Of a DNA stretch of 37,345 nucleotides, positions 7,714 through 17,581 are shown piece by piece. Position numbers and translations under genes: made by a program. This stretch comes from a virus. Lineage: Duplodnaviria > Caudoviricetes. Position 1 is the first letter of the stretch, and each line of letters opens with the position of its first letter. The notes below the pieces were generated by a model, which was not told the origin of the DNA, made no database searches, and saw only the letters and a list, made by a program, of their open reading frames with translations. Where the stretch lies: positions 1 through 37,345 of IMG/VR virus record IMGVR_UViG_3300048998_000108; one strand, written 5' to 3'.

Positions 7714-8262
7714 ATGAAACGCACGCTCTTCACTTCCGCGCTCGCCTTGTGCGCCGCCATCGGACTCTTCTGCCCGACGGCGCGCGCGCAAGGTCTCGCC
7801 ACGTCGGGCGCGAAGACGACTGACGCCGCGACGAGCGCGACCGGCTCGGCAGTGCCGACGAGCGCGAGTTACGCGGGCGTGCGCGAATCGTCTTCTCTCG
7901 CCGGGCTCATTCAATGCGACAAGAGCGCGCAAAGCGCGATCTCGACGGCGACGACGACGCAGCTCGTCGCCTTGAGCGGCTCGACGGTGATCTACGTCTG
8001 CGGCTTCACGATTGAGATTCAGGGTGTCGCGACGACGGCGGGAACGGCGCAGTTGAAGTATGGCACGGGGACGGCTTGCGCCACGTCGCCTGTCAGCATC
8101 ACGCCAGATTTTATCGGCTCAATAACGGCGGGCACGCCGACCGTTATTAGTCAGGGCATCGGACTCGGCACGATCTTTCGCACCGTCGCGGGGCAAGCCC
8201 TGTGCGTCACGACGACGACAACGACCGTGCAGAAAGTTTTTATCAGCTACGCGCAGTTCTAA
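7714..8262 (+). CDS. Exported Thr-rich beta protein with Sec signal peptide, 4 Cys in mature part
   Basis: MKRTLFTSALALCAAIGLFCPTARA|Q; ATG 7714. Confidence 0.8.
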   Translation: MKRTLFTSALALCAAIGLFCPTARAQGLATSGAKTTDAATSATGSAVPTSASYAGVRESSSLAGLIQCDKSAQSAISTATTTQLVALSGSTVIYVCGFTIEIQGVATTAGTAQLKYGTGTACATSPVSITPDFIGSITAGTPTVISQGIGLGTIFRTVAGQALCVTTTTTTVQKVFISYAQF

Positions 8263-8274
8263 AAACCGAGATCA

Positions 8275-8718
8275 ATGAAGCTCAACAAAAAACAGAAAGA
8301 GCATTTGCTCGCGCTCGTCGCCGAAGGCTTGCAATCTGACGAGATCAACCGTCGCGCCGCACGATTCAAGCCCGCGTATTCGGTCTCGCGCCAGCAAGTG
8401 GACTTCTACCGCGACTCACGAAAAGTGAAGCTCGACGAGTTGAAAGAGGCTTCCGAATCGGGCGCGCTCAAGTCCGGCTTTGCGCTGAAAGAGCGGCGCG
8501 TCGAAGTGCTCTCAGACATCGCGGAACGGATTTATCAGGACTTGCAAGGCGGCATCCGCGAGCGCGCGGCATTCGAGTTCAAGGAAGCTGAGATTAGACA
8601 GTTGCGCGGCGTCTTCGACGATCTCGCAAAGGAAGCGGGCGATAGAAAACAGAAGGTTGAACACTCAGACGACGCCGATGCGCCGCTCACGATTCGAGTT
8701 GAATACGAAGATGCTTAA
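8275..8718 (+). CDS. terS: Terminase small subunit (putative)
   Basis: N-terminal HTH, helical core and QKVEHS...PLTIRVEY tail; overlaps terL. Confidence 0.7.
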   Translation: MKLNKKQKEHLLALVAEGLQSDEINRRAARFKPAYSVSRQQVDFYRDSRKVKLDELKEASESGALKSGFALKERRVEVLSDIAERIYQDLQGGIRERAAFEFKEAEIRQLRGVFDDLAKEAGDRKQKVEHSDDADAPLTIRVEYEDA

Positions 8719-9952
8719 CGAGAGTTCACGACAAGTGATCGTGCGCTTGCCGCGTCTGCACGTCGCGCAAACGAAGATCGTCCGCGAGTCGCGGCGATTC
8801 AATATCGTTTGTTGCGGTCGCAGGTTCGGTAAATCCGTGCTCGGCATTGATCGCCTCGTGCGCCCCGCGCTCGAAGGAAAGTTCACCGCCTACTTTTGCC
8901 CGACCTACAAGATGCTCGCAGAGATTTGGCGGGAGACGCGCCGCGTCGTCAAGCCCGTGACGCGCAACGCGAACGCGACCGATCATCGGATCGAGCTGAT
9001 CACGGGCGGCATCATTGATATGTGGTCGCTCGAAGCCATCGAGTCTGTGCGCGGTCGCAAGTATCACCGCGTCGTGCCCGACGAAGCCGCCATGTGCGCG
9101 AACCTCAAGGATGCTTGGCAAGAGGTCATCCGCCCGACGCTGACAGACTACGCGGGCGACGCTTGGTTTCTCTCGACACCCAAAGGCATCAACTTCTTCA
9201 AAGAGCTTTTTGATCGCGGACAAGACCCTTCGCGCGCGACTTACGCGAGTTGGCAGATGCCGACGCTCGCGAATCCTTACATCTTGCCGAGCGAAGTTGA
9301 AGCGGCGCGCATGGAATTGCCCGCGCAGGTCTTTCAGCAAGAATACCTCGCCGAGTTTTTACAAAACGAGGGCGCGGTCTTTCGCAACATCGAAGCGAAC
9401 TTGACCGCGCCGCTTGCCGCGAAGCCGGACGATCACGCGGGACACCGGATCGTGATGGGCGTGGATTGGGCGCAGAAGAACGACTTTACTTGTCTCTCTG
9501 TTTTCTGTGCGACCTGCATGACCGAAGTCGAGCTTGATCGCTTTAATAAGATCGAGTTCGCGCACCAGCGCGGGCGACTCCGACGCGCTTACGATTTCTG
9601 GCGCGTCGCAGACGTGCTCGCCGAAGAGAATTCCATCGGCGCGCCGAACATCGAAGCCCTGATCGCGGAGGGCATTCGCGTCTTCGCCTTTTCTACGACC
9701 GCGCAGACCAAAGCCCCTCTCATTCAATCCCTCGCGCTCTCATTCGAGCGACGCGAAGCGCGCTGGCAAGACATTCCGGTCGCGACGGCTGAACTCGTCG
9801 CTTACGAATCCACGATCAACCCGACGACGGGGCGCGTGAGCTACAACGCGCCCGCAGGTCTCCACGACGACACCGTGATCGCGCGTGCGCTCGCGCGGCG
9901 CGCGGCGGAAAGCACGGGCGGGACGGCTGAAACGGGCGAGCCCCTTTGGTAA
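8711..9952 (+). CDS. terL: Terminase large subunit
   Basis: LHVAQ adenine motif, Walker A CGRRFGKS, Walker B VVPDEAA, coupling STPKG, nuclease GVDWA...HDD. Confidence 0.95.
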   Translation: MLNESSRQVIVRLPRLHVAQTKIVRESRRFNIVCCGRRFGKSVLGIDRLVRPALEGKFTAYFCPTYKMLAEIWRETRRVVKPVTRNANATDHRIELITGGIIDMWSLEAIESVRGRKYHRVVPDEAAMCANLKDAWQEVIRPTLTDYAGDAWFLSTPKGINFFKELFDRGQDPSRATYASWQMPTLANPYILPSEVEAARMELPAQVFQQEYLAEFLQNEGAVFRNIEANLTAPLAAKPDDHAGHRIVMGVDWAQKNDFTCLSVFCATCMTEVELDRFNKIEFAHQRGRLRRAYDFWRVADVLAEENSIGAPNIEALIAEGIRVFAFSTTAQTKAPLIQSLALSFERREARWQDIPVATAELVAYESTINPTTGRVSYNAPAGLHDDTVIARALARRAAESTGGTAETGEPLW

Positions 9953-9961
9953 GGAGAAAAA

Positions 9962-11326
9962 ATGAACATCGTTAATTCACTTCTCGGATATTTCGGCTAC
10001 GGCAAACAGTCGCCGCAACTCGAAGAGGTCGCGCGCTTAAACATTTCCGCGCGCGCTCACCTGTACGTCGAAGGGCACGCGCCCAAGCAGCTCATCGTCA
10101 AGCAGGGCGCGGTTGACGATAACGTCCACGTCAACTACGCGCGCCTCGTCTTGGAAAAGAAAGTCGCCTTCCTCTTCAACGACGCTTTGAAGATCAGCAT
10201 CGGCGCGGAAGGCGACACACGCGGCGCAGACTATCTCGAAGAGGTCTGGAATCAAGAGCAGCGCGACATTGATTTCATGGACATGGCGACTGACGGCGGC
10301 ACGTCGGGCGATGTGTGGTTGAAGATCGCTATCGGCGCGGACGGCTCTCCGCGCGTCGTCGTCGGCGATCCTAACTGCTACACGGCAGAGACCGACCCCG
10401 ATGATGTCTCGCAGGTGCTCACGTACCGTTGCGAGTATCAATCGAAAGACGCATCGGGGCGCAGCGTAGTCTTCCGCGAAGAGACCACGCCCGGCGCGGA
10501 CGGCGAGAGTTGGCAGATTCAGCAGTATCACTCTTACGACGGCGGCAAGTCCTTCTCGCCCGTCGGCGATGGCGTGACGTGGAACTTCGCGTTCGCGCCT
10601 GTCTTCCACGCGAAGAACCTGCCGAAGTCGAAGAGCTTTTACGGGCGTCCCGATCTCACTCCCGACGTGCTGCATCTGTGCGACGCGCTCTCCCGCGTTG
10701 ACTCTCTGTGCTCGAAGATCGTTCGCATCCACGCCAGCCCGAAACCTTACGGTCGCGGGTTGAAGAAGTCAGATATCGAGTGGGGCACGGACGGCATGAT
10801 CTTCATGGGGTCGGGGTTGGGGAACGTGCAAGCCGAGATCGGGCTCTTGGAGATGAAGGGCGATCTTTCGGGCGCGCTCGCGCTGCGGAAAGTTTTGCGC
10901 GAAGGCTTGAGCGAGATTACGGGCGTGCCGGAAGTGGCGACGGGCAAGCTCGAATCAACGGGGCAGCTTTCAGGCGTGGCTCTGCAAATCATGTACTCGC
11001 CTTTGAGCGATCAGACGAAGGTCAAGCAGCGTCTCTACGGGAAGCTCATCAAGGATGTCGTCTCCGCGCTCATGGCAATCGGCGGCATCTCCGGCGCGGT
11101 CATGCTGCATTGGTCGAATCCTCTGCCCGTTGACGAGCGTGCGCAACTCGACGCGATGGAGGCGAAGAAGCGAATTGGGTTCTCAGAGAACACCGTGATC
11201 AAGGAACTCGGCGGCGATCCCGTGCACGAGGCGAAGATGCGCGAGACGGAGAGACAGGACGCGCAAGACGCCTTCAACGCGGGACACTCCGGCGCGCAAC
11301 TCGGAACTGAATTGCTCGCCGCGTGA
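9962..11326 (+). CDS. Portal protein (SPP1-like)
   Basis: Follows terL; HVNYARLV, LSGVAL, W.NPLP.D motifs; AAGGAG SD. Confidence 0.9.
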   Translation: MNIVNSLLGYFGYGKQSPQLEEVARLNISARAHLYVEGHAPKQLIVKQGAVDDNVHVNYARLVLEKKVAFLFNDALKISIGAEGDTRGADYLEEVWNQEQRDIDFMDMATDGGTSGDVWLKIAIGADGSPRVVVGDPNCYTAETDPDDVSQVLTYRCEYQSKDASGRSVVFREETTPGADGESWQIQQYHSYDGGKSFSPVGDGVTWNFAFAPVFHAKNLPKSKSFYGRPDLTPDVLHLCDALSRVDSLCSKIVRIHASPKPYGRGLKKSDIEWGTDGMIFMGSGLGNVQAEIGLLEMKGDLSGALALRKVLREGLSEITGVPEVATGKLESTGQLSGVALQIMYSPLSDQTKVKQRLYGKLIKDVVSALMAIGGISGAVMLHWSNPLPVDERAQLDAMEAKKRIGFSENTVIKELGGDPVHEAKMRETERQDAQDAFNAGHSGAQLGTELLAA

Positions 11327-11352
11327 AGTGATGCCGCTTTGGTGACAGAGTG

Positions 11353-12339
11353 ATGCCAGACGTTTACGAACAAGCGCAGGAGTTCAAAGCCCGATTGCTT
11401 CGCGGAGAGCGCGCGGCGTTGGGCGAACTCCTGCGCGCGTACCGACTGACAGTCGAGCGAGCGGAAGCGCGCATTAAAGACCTCACAGACCAGATCGAGA
11501 AATTTCAGGGTGAAGAAATTTCTTCATCGTGGCTCTACGAGCGCGGGCGACTCTCACAACTCAAGTTTGAGATTCAGATCGAGATCAACCGCTTCTCACA
11601 GGTCGCATCACTTCGCGTCGCGCGCGAGCAGCGCGCGGCAATCTCTCAAGCGAGTGAAGACGCGCAAGCGTTAATCGCCGCGAGCAACGGCGATGCCGTC
11701 TCAGTCCAATTAGGCACACTGAATGCGAATGCCGTCGTCGCGATGGCTGGTCACGCATCGGACGGCTCGTCTCTTCGTCAGTTGTTCGCGGCGCGCGGTG
11801 GCGTGGTCGCGCAGGGCGTAGCCGATGAACTCGTATCGGGTGTGGCGACTGGCGCATCGTTGCGCGTGATCGCGAGTCGCGTGCGTGACGTGCTCGGCTC
11901 AGACCTCGCACGCGCCTTGACCATCGGTCGCACTGAAATTCTCAGATCGTATCGCGCGGCAAGTTTAGAGACGTACAGGCGCGCGGGCTTCACACAATAC
12001 CGTTGGCTCGCGGCGAAAGATTTGCGGACTTGCTTGATCTGTCTCGCGCTCGACGGATCGATCTGGTCTATCAATCAACCTTTCCCAGCGCACGTGAATT
12101 GTCGCTGCACGTTCGTTCCCGTCATCAACGGACAAGCGATGACTTACGAGACGGCTGCTGAATGGTTCGCCGCGCAGAGTGAGGGCGCGAAGCGCGAGAT
12201 GCTCGGCGGGGCGTATGGAGCCTACGCGCAAGGGCGAATCACTTTGAAAGATTTTGTCGGATTCAAACAATCGGCGCGCTGGGGTCTGACGGCTTACAGG
12301 CGACCACTCGCAGAAATTCTTACAGACGTGAAGGAGTGA
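11353..12339 (+). CDS. Head morphogenesis / minor head protein (SPP1 gp7 / Mu gpF-like)
   Basis: IGRTE...W....D.RTC..C..LDG...P.H.NCRC. Confidence 0.9.
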   Translation: MPDVYEQAQEFKARLLRGERAALGELLRAYRLTVERAEARIKDLTDQIEKFQGEEISSSWLYERGRLSQLKFEIQIEINRFSQVASLRVAREQRAAISQASEDAQALIAASNGDAVSVQLGTLNANAVVAMAGHASDGSSLRQLFAARGGVVAQGVADELVSGVATGASLRVIASRVRDVLGSDLARALTIGRTEILRSYRAASLETYRRAGFTQYRWLAAKDLRTCLICLALDGSIWSINQPFPAHVNCRCTFVPVINGQAMTYETAAEWFAAQSEGAKREMLGGAYGAYAQGRITLKDFVGFKQSARWGLTAYRRPLAEILTDVKE

Positions 12340-12345
12340 AATCAG

Positions 12346-12888
12346 ATGGACGACGCAACGCAGACCACAACGCAGACGACGGACACGCCGCCCGCGTCCA
12401 CTACCGCCACTTCCGGCGATGCTTCAGCAACGACAGCGACGCCCGCGACCACAGTCGCGACGACACCCGCCGCAGTCACCGTGCCCGACGGCTATGTGCC
12501 GAAGACCGAAGTCGAGAGCGAGCGCACGGCGCGCACTGAGGCTGAGACGCGCGCGACGGCGGCGGAAGCTCGCGCACGGAGCGCGGAGATCAAAGCGACC
12601 GCGCTCGCGCTTGGCTTCAACGACGCAAGCGACGCCGAGCGGTTCATCGGCGTGGACGCGACCGACATCGAAGCGGCTTTGAAGGAAGTGATCGAGAAGA
12701 AGTCGTATCTCGCGAAGCCGAGCGATCCCGTGCGACCGCCCGTCACGCCGACGAGCCCGACGAACCCCGCGCGCGCGACCACAGGTGCGACGACCTTCAC
12801 GGCGGCGCAGATATCGGATCGCGCGTTCTGGTCGCAGAACCGCGACGCGATCATGCTCGCGATGAAGGAAGGTAGGATTCAGGGTTAG
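12346..12888 (+). CDS. Capsid scaffolding protein (putative)
   Basis: Low-complexity N-terminus, coiled coil, YLAKP, C-terminal AMKEGRI; upstream of MCP. Confidence 0.75.
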   Translation: MDDATQTTTQTTDTPPASTTATSGDASATTATPATTVATTPAAVTVPDGYVPKTEVESERTARTEAETRATAAEARARSAEIKATALALGFNDASDAERFIGVDATDIEAALKEVIEKKSYLAKPSDPVRPPVTPTSPTNPARATTGATTFTAAQISDRAFWSQNRDAIMLAMKEGRIQG

Positions 12889-12922
12889 AAGAAGTGCGGC
12901 TGTTTCTTTCCGTAACAGGGGC

Positions 12923-12952
12923 TTGTGTGGAAAGGTAACAGTACGGTATAGT
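12923..12952 (+). promoter_or_regulatory. Putative sigma70-type promoter TTGTGT-18-TATAGT
   Basis: Consensus resemblance in intergenic region. Confidence 0.45.
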
Positions 12953-12964
12953 GCGGCGCATCAC

Positions 12965-13008
12965 GAACGCTTATCAGTCATGTCGGGCTGATAAGCGTTC
13001 TTTCTTTT
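12965..13008 (+). terminator. Intrinsic terminator-like hairpin just upstream of the MCP RBS
   Basis: GAACGCTTATCAG / CTGATAAGCGTTC 13-bp stem followed by TTTCTTTT. Confidence 0.75.
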
Positions 13009-13035
13009 CCAACCATCCGCAAAGGAGCACCGCAA

Positions 13036-13953
13036 ATGTCCACACCGATTGTTCGCTCGACCGCCGAGACCGCCGGATTTATTCCGCAAATCTGGGCGCA
13101 GCGCGCGCTCGACATCCTGCGCGCCAACATCGTTCTACTGAAACTCATCGCCCGCGACACGGACTATGAGCCGCAGCCGCAAGGCAAGACTCTGACGATC
13201 CCCTATCCGGGCACGTTCACCGCGCAGAAGAAGACGCAAGGGTCAAGCGCGACCATCCAGACGCCATCGGGCGGCTCAAGCGTCAACGTCACTCTGAGCG
13301 AACTCGCCTACGTGGACTTCGTGATCGAAGACTTCGCGCGCGTGCAGGCGTCGTCCGAACTGCTTGACCGCTACATCGAGCCCGCCGCCGTCGCCATCGC
13401 CGAGCAGATGGAAGCGGACTTGTTCACGCTCTACTCGTCAATGACGGGCGGAAGCGTCGGCACGTCGGGCACGGACATGACGCCCGCCGAGATTCGTCAA
13501 GCGGCGAAGCTCCTCGACGACGCGAAAGTGCCGATGTCGAATCGCTCGCTCGTCATCTCGTCGAAAGATCGCGTCGCCCTCTTAGGCAACACGGAACTCA
13601 CGAGCTACTTCGCCTTCGCGCGTCCCGAAGGCGTGGCGCAAGGGTCTCTCGGAAACCTCTACGGTTTCGAGACCTTCATGTCGCAGCTCGTCCCCGCCGT
13701 CGCGGGCACTCCCGTCTCGACGAAGAACTTGGCTCTCCACAAGAACGCGATGATCTTGGCGACGCGCCCGTTGGGTGAGCCTGAGCCGACCACAGGCTTG
13801 CAGGCGTCGTCGCTCGTGGACAACGACTCCGGCATCGCGATCCGCGTGCTTCGCTCATACGACATGGCGGCGCGCGGTCATCGCATCGGCTTCGACGTGC
13901 TCTACGGCTACACGCCGCTTCGCACGAATCACGGCGTCATCGCGCTCTCGTAA
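13036..13953 (+). CDS. Major capsid protein (HK97 fold)
   Basis: FIPQIWA, G.TLTIP, LDDAKVP..NR, G.LYGF, FDVLYG motifs; strong SD. Confidence 0.92.
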   Translation: MSTPIVRSTAETAGFIPQIWAQRALDILRANIVLLKLIARDTDYEPQPQGKTLTIPYPGTFTAQKKTQGSSATIQTPSGGSSVNVTLSELAYVDFVIEDFARVQASSELLDRYIEPAAVAIAEQMEADLFTLYSSMTGGSVGTSGTDMTPAEIRQAAKLLDDAKVPMSNRSLVISSKDRVALLGNTELTSYFAFARPEGVAQGSLGNLYGFETFMSQLVPAVAGTPVSTKNLALHKNAMILATRPLGEPEPTTGLQASSLVDNDSGIAIRVLRSYDMAARGHRIGFDVLYGYTPLRTNHGVIALS

Positions 13954-13960
13954 GCGAGCC

Positions 13961-14329
13961 ATGTGCTTCATCACGAACGCGGGTGGCGTGACGCATCACG
14001 TCTCGGAAGACGACTTCAATCGTCTTAACGCGACGCAAGGCTTTCGCGCCGCCACAGAGGAAGAGATCGCGAGTTGGAAAGCGCGGCATCTTCCGCCAGC
14101 CCCCGACGGTAACGCCGTCGAGACGGTGCTCCCGACGACGGGCGTCGAGACCAATAATCTTGACGCTCCGTCGGGGGGTCATCAATCATCCGCCTCCCCG
14201 CTAGAACAGTCGAGCACCGGCGACTTCGATGCGACTAACAGCCAACCTACAACTCGAAAGCCCGCTCCTGACTCAACCGCAGGCGTTGAGAAGCGCGCTC
14301 GCAAAAATCGTTCGCGAGACAGCGTTTGA
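13961..14329 (+). CDS. Hypothetical protein, 122 aa, disordered C-terminus
   Basis: ATG 7 nt after MCP stop; GFRAATEEEI motif. Confidence 0.6.
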   Translation: MCFITNAGGVTHHVSEDDFNRLNATQGFRAATEEEIASWKARHLPPAPDGNAVETVLPTTGVETNNLDAPSGGHQSSASPLEQSSTGDFDATNSQPTTRKPAPDSTAGVEKRARKNRSRDSV

Positions 14330-14729
14330 GGTAGAGGCGGACATTAAAGAGCGAATGCGCTCTCCGAAGTCGGGGCGCACCTATCGTCGCGGCGTGCTCA
14401 CACGAAAAGCCACGAAGGGTACGCGCTCTCTCGGCTTACGTGAGCGCACGACGAAATCAGGCGCGCGTCTGGCGATAGTTGGATCGCGCATTCACCGCGC
14501 GAGCGCGCCCGGCGAAGCTCCCGCCGTTGACACGGGACAGTTGATCAATTCGATCTCAACTCAAGTTGACGATCTTCATGCGTCCGTCTCGACGCCTTTG
14601 CAGAAAGCGATCTGGCTCGAAGAGGGGACGCGCAAAATTGCGCCGCGTCCTTCATTCGAGCCTGCGGCGACCGATGCGCGCGAGAAGTTTGAAGCGCGTT
14701 GCGACGCAGCGGTGAAGGAGTTGCTATGA
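14229..14729 (+). CDS. Neck / tail-completion protein (HK97 gp10-like)
   Basis: HRASAPGEAPAVDTGQLINSI...LEEGTRKIAPRPSFEPA. Confidence 0.85.
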   Translation: MRLTANLQLESPLLTQPQALRSALAKIVRETAFEVEADIKERMRSPKSGRTYRRGVLTRKATKGTRSLGLRERTTKSGARLAIVGSRIHRASAPGEAPAVDTGQLINSISTQVDDLHASVSTPLQKAIWLEEGTRKIAPRPSFEPAATDAREKFEARCDAAVKELL

Positions 14730-15424
14730 CGGACTACGCAGATATCAACACGCTCATTCAAGGGTATCTGCCCGCCGTCACGAACGACGACGACAAGGCG
14801 GCACTGTCGGGCATGATCACGCGCGCGTCGCGCGCGATTGACACGCGCACGCGCCGCCACAGTGACGCCTTCGCTCCCGCGCCGAATTCGACCTCCGATC
14901 AAATCATCTATGGCGCGGGCACTGCCGTTTTGCTCACGCCCGAATACGTCGAGGGCACGGTCTCGGCAGTCGTCGCGCCGCAGGGCTATATGCCGGAGAG
15001 TTACGTCGAGTTCCGACGACGCGAAGTCTCGACGGGCGTGCTTCGGGTCGGGCTTCACACCGCGACGACGGACGGCATTCGCACGCCGCGTGTCGCGTGG
15101 AAGTCGGGTGTGCCCTTCACCGTCACGGCGCGCTGGGGATTTCTCTCGACGCCAGCCGAGATCACGGAAGCGACCTTGAAGCTCGTGCGCGTGTGGTGGC
15201 GGCAACAAACGGGCGAAGTGTCGGGCACGACGGCTGAGTTGAATGCGGCGCGCTATCCAGAGCGCGGCTTCCCGAAAGAGGTTGACGAGTTGATCGCGCC
15301 CTACGTCTTGGAAGATGTCGAGCACGACGAAGAGGCAGGGACGATTGAGCGCGGCGAGCTGCTCGACGTTGACCATCTCCCTTGGCGCGATCCGTTCACA
15401 GGCGGCGGAGGATACCGTTTCTAA
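14726..15424 (+). CDS. Head-tail adaptor/connector (gp6/gp15-like)
   Basis: ITRASRAID, VTARWGF..TPAEITEATL, V.ELIAPY; AAGGAG SD. Confidence 0.8.
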   Translation: MTDYADINTLIQGYLPAVTNDDDKAALSGMITRASRAIDTRTRRHSDAFAPAPNSTSDQIIYGAGTAVLLTPEYVEGTVSAVVAPQGYMPESYVEFRRREVSTGVLRVGLHTATTDGIRTPRVAWKSGVPFTVTARWGFLSTPAEITEATLKLVRVWWRQQTGEVSGTTAELNAARYPERGFPKEVDELIAPYVLEDVEHDEEAGTIERGELLDVDHLPWRDPFTGGGGYRF

Positions 15425-15427
15425 GTC

Positions 15428-15958
15428 ATGCCTATCTTGCCAACCGACGAGGTTCAAGTTGAGAAGATCACGCGCACCGGTCTCGTCGCGCTCTTCACGG
15501 GCATCGTCGGCTTGCCGCACGTCTTAGACCACGCGACCTACGTCGAAGGCGAAGCCGAGTACGTCAGACAGTTTGGCTACAAGCATCCCGACACGAACAA
15601 GACTGAGTATCGCCTGCTCGAAATAGTTTTCGGCGACTTCAAAGATTTAGATCAGGGCTGCGACGACAATCCCACTTACCAACTTCTCTACACGATCAAT
15701 CTTTTAGTGCAGCACGCGCCGATGCGCGCAAACGCCGAGACACCGACCTCTTCAACAGATGATTTCGCGCGCTTCATCATGACGCTTCGTCGCAAAGTCT
15801 TATCGGGGCGGAAAGTCGCGGGCTACGATCAGCTCTACGCCAACAACTTGAAGCCGCAAGCATCTCGTTTCGGCGCGGACGATGAACTGAGCTTGCGCGC
15901 CGCGCACTTCGCCTCTTTCCTGCTCGCCGTCGAAGTGACGCCGAGTCCACTAACTTAA
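15428..15958 (+). CDS. Putative tail terminator
   Basis: Size and position immediately before the tail tube gene. Confidence 0.5.
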   Translation: MPILPTDEVQVEKITRTGLVALFTGIVGLPHVLDHATYVEGEAEYVRQFGYKHPDTNKTEYRLLEIVFGDFKDLDQGCDDNPTYQLLYTINLLVQHAPMRANAETPTSSTDDFARFIMTLRRKVLSGRKVAGYDQLYANNLKPQASRFGADDELSLRAAHFASFLLAVEVTPSPLT

Positions 15959-15975
15959 AGTGAGGTACATCCGTC

Positions 15976-16995
15976 ATGCCGACTCCAAACACTTTCAAGC
16001 AGTCAAAAGTCTTCGTCGCCTACTCGCCCGTCGCCGCCGTGCAAGCCGCGTTGGGGACTGCGCTCGACGAAGCCCTCTTGACCGCGCGCCTCAATCTCCC
16101 GCTCGGAAATAAACCGTTGCCTTCGCGCCGCGTCACGCGCGACGACATTCGCGACTGCACGGGCAGGTATTTGATCGGGCGTCGTCTCACGTCGCGTCTC
16201 GCCCTGTGGACGCTCACGCTCGAACAGGTTGACGCGCGACTCGCCGCGATCTTCCTCGCGTGGGCGCAAGGCGACGCAGCAGCAGTGACGGGCTCAGGTG
16301 CGCCCTACACGGAAGCCATCACGCGGCGCGCAAGCGATCAACTCTCCGCGACATCGTTCATCGTCGGCGCGGAAGATAGTGATGAGCCAGCCGAGTTGTA
16401 CAAGGACATGATCTTGAACACGCTCGACATCGAAGCGACCATCCGAGGGAAGGTCACGATGCGCGCGAACTTTATCGGCTCGGCAAACGTCGCCGTCGTC
16501 CCTTCATACACGCCGCCCGCGTGCGGCAACCTCGTGGCTCTGTACGCGCAGGATTGTCAGTTGCTTGTCGGAGGCGTGGACTACACGAGCGATCTCAGAC
16601 AGTTCCACTACGCCTACAACAACAACCTCGCGGCGAACGACGACCCGTTCCCCTTCGACGCGATTGATCTCGTCAGGCTTGAGCGAAGCGAGCAGGGCGA
16701 AACGTCGCAGCTCACGTTCGGCGTCTATGGCACGAAGACGCACGCGCTCTACGGGCACGCTTTCGCCGAAGACGTGCTGGCACTCGCGTTGCGGCTGGGT
16801 TCGGCGACAGAGGGCACGTCCATCATCGCGCTGGGCGCGCAAGTAACACTCGGCGAGCCACCCGTAGGTTACGCGGGCGAGGCGAATCGCTCAGTCGTCA
16901 ACGTCGAAGCCTCCCCGTTCAGCGTGTCGGGGGCGAAGCCCGATCACGTCAACTATGTTGGCGCGTCGAGTCCGCGTCTGCTCGTCGCGGCGTAA
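15976..16995 (+). CDS. Major tail (tube) protein
   Basis: 339-aa beta-rich ORF after neck genes and before chaperones and TMP; GAGG SD. Confidence 0.7.
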   Translation: MPTPNTFKQSKVFVAYSPVAAVQAALGTALDEALLTARLNLPLGNKPLPSRRVTRDDIRDCTGRYLIGRRLTSRLALWTLTLEQVDARLAAIFLAWAQGDAAAVTGSGAPYTEAITRRASDQLSATSFIVGAEDSDEPAELYKDMILNTLDIEATIRGKVTMRANFIGSANVAVVPSYTPPACGNLVALYAQDCQLLVGGVDYTSDLRQFHYAYNNNLAANDDPFPFDAIDLVRLERSEQGETSQLTFGVYGTKTHALYGHAFAEDVLALALRLGSATEGTSIIALGAQVTLGEPPVGYAGEANRSVVNVEASPFSVSGAKPDHVNYVGASSPRLLVAA

Positions 16996-17043
16996 GAGCC
17001 CTTTCAACTTTTCCACATCTTTTCAACCGGAGGAAAACCGCTG

Positions 17044-17268
17044 ATGAGTAGCACGCAACCCGCCGATAACACCTTCATCCGCGACCGTCTCACGACACTC
17101 GAAGACGAGATCGTGAAGTTACGCGACCGACTCGAAACCGCGCTCGCGCCCTCGCCGCCTTCGACTGAGACGACGGCTGTAAAGTCATCTAGCCGCTCGC
17201 ACATCGCGGGGCGTTTGGAGAGCTTGATCGACAACGTTCGTGACTTAACTGCGCGCCTCGAAATTTGA
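17044..17268 (+). CDS. Small coiled-coil protein
   Basis: GGAGG SD; two heptad helices separated by a P/S/T linker. Confidence 0.65.
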   Translation: MSSTQPADNTFIRDRLTTLEDEIVKLRDRLETALAPSPPSTETTAVKSSSRSHIAGRLESLIDNVRDLTARLEI

Positions 17269-17332
17269 CGCGCTTTGACGCTGCACGCTCGCCGGAAATG
17301 GCGATAGGTGTAGTCACTGTAAGGAGGAAACG

Positions 17333-17581
17333 ATGTCGGTCTTGAGAGCAAAGATGCGCGTCGCGGACGTCGCGCAGATCAAGAACCCCGACGGCTCGAC
17401 GAGCCAAGAGCGCGTGAAATTGTCCGCCGTGTCTGGCGATGAAGGGACGGACAACGCGCAGTGGTCGAAGTGGACGCCCCAAGCGAGCTTCGACATCACG
17501 ATCAACAACCCTAACGCCTTCGGCAAGCTCGCGAGCGGTCACGAATATTTCGTTGACTTCACGCCCGCCGAAGCTGAGTAG
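17333..17581 (+). CDS. Small beta-rich hypothetical phage protein, 82 aa
   Basis: AAGGAGG SD; RAKM...N..WSKWTP.....I.NP.A...G.EYFVDFTPA. Confidence 0.85.
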   Translation: MSVLRAKMRVADVAQIKNPDGSTSQERVKLSAVSGDEGTDNAQWSKWTPQASFDITINNPNAFGKLASGHEYFVDFTPAEAE

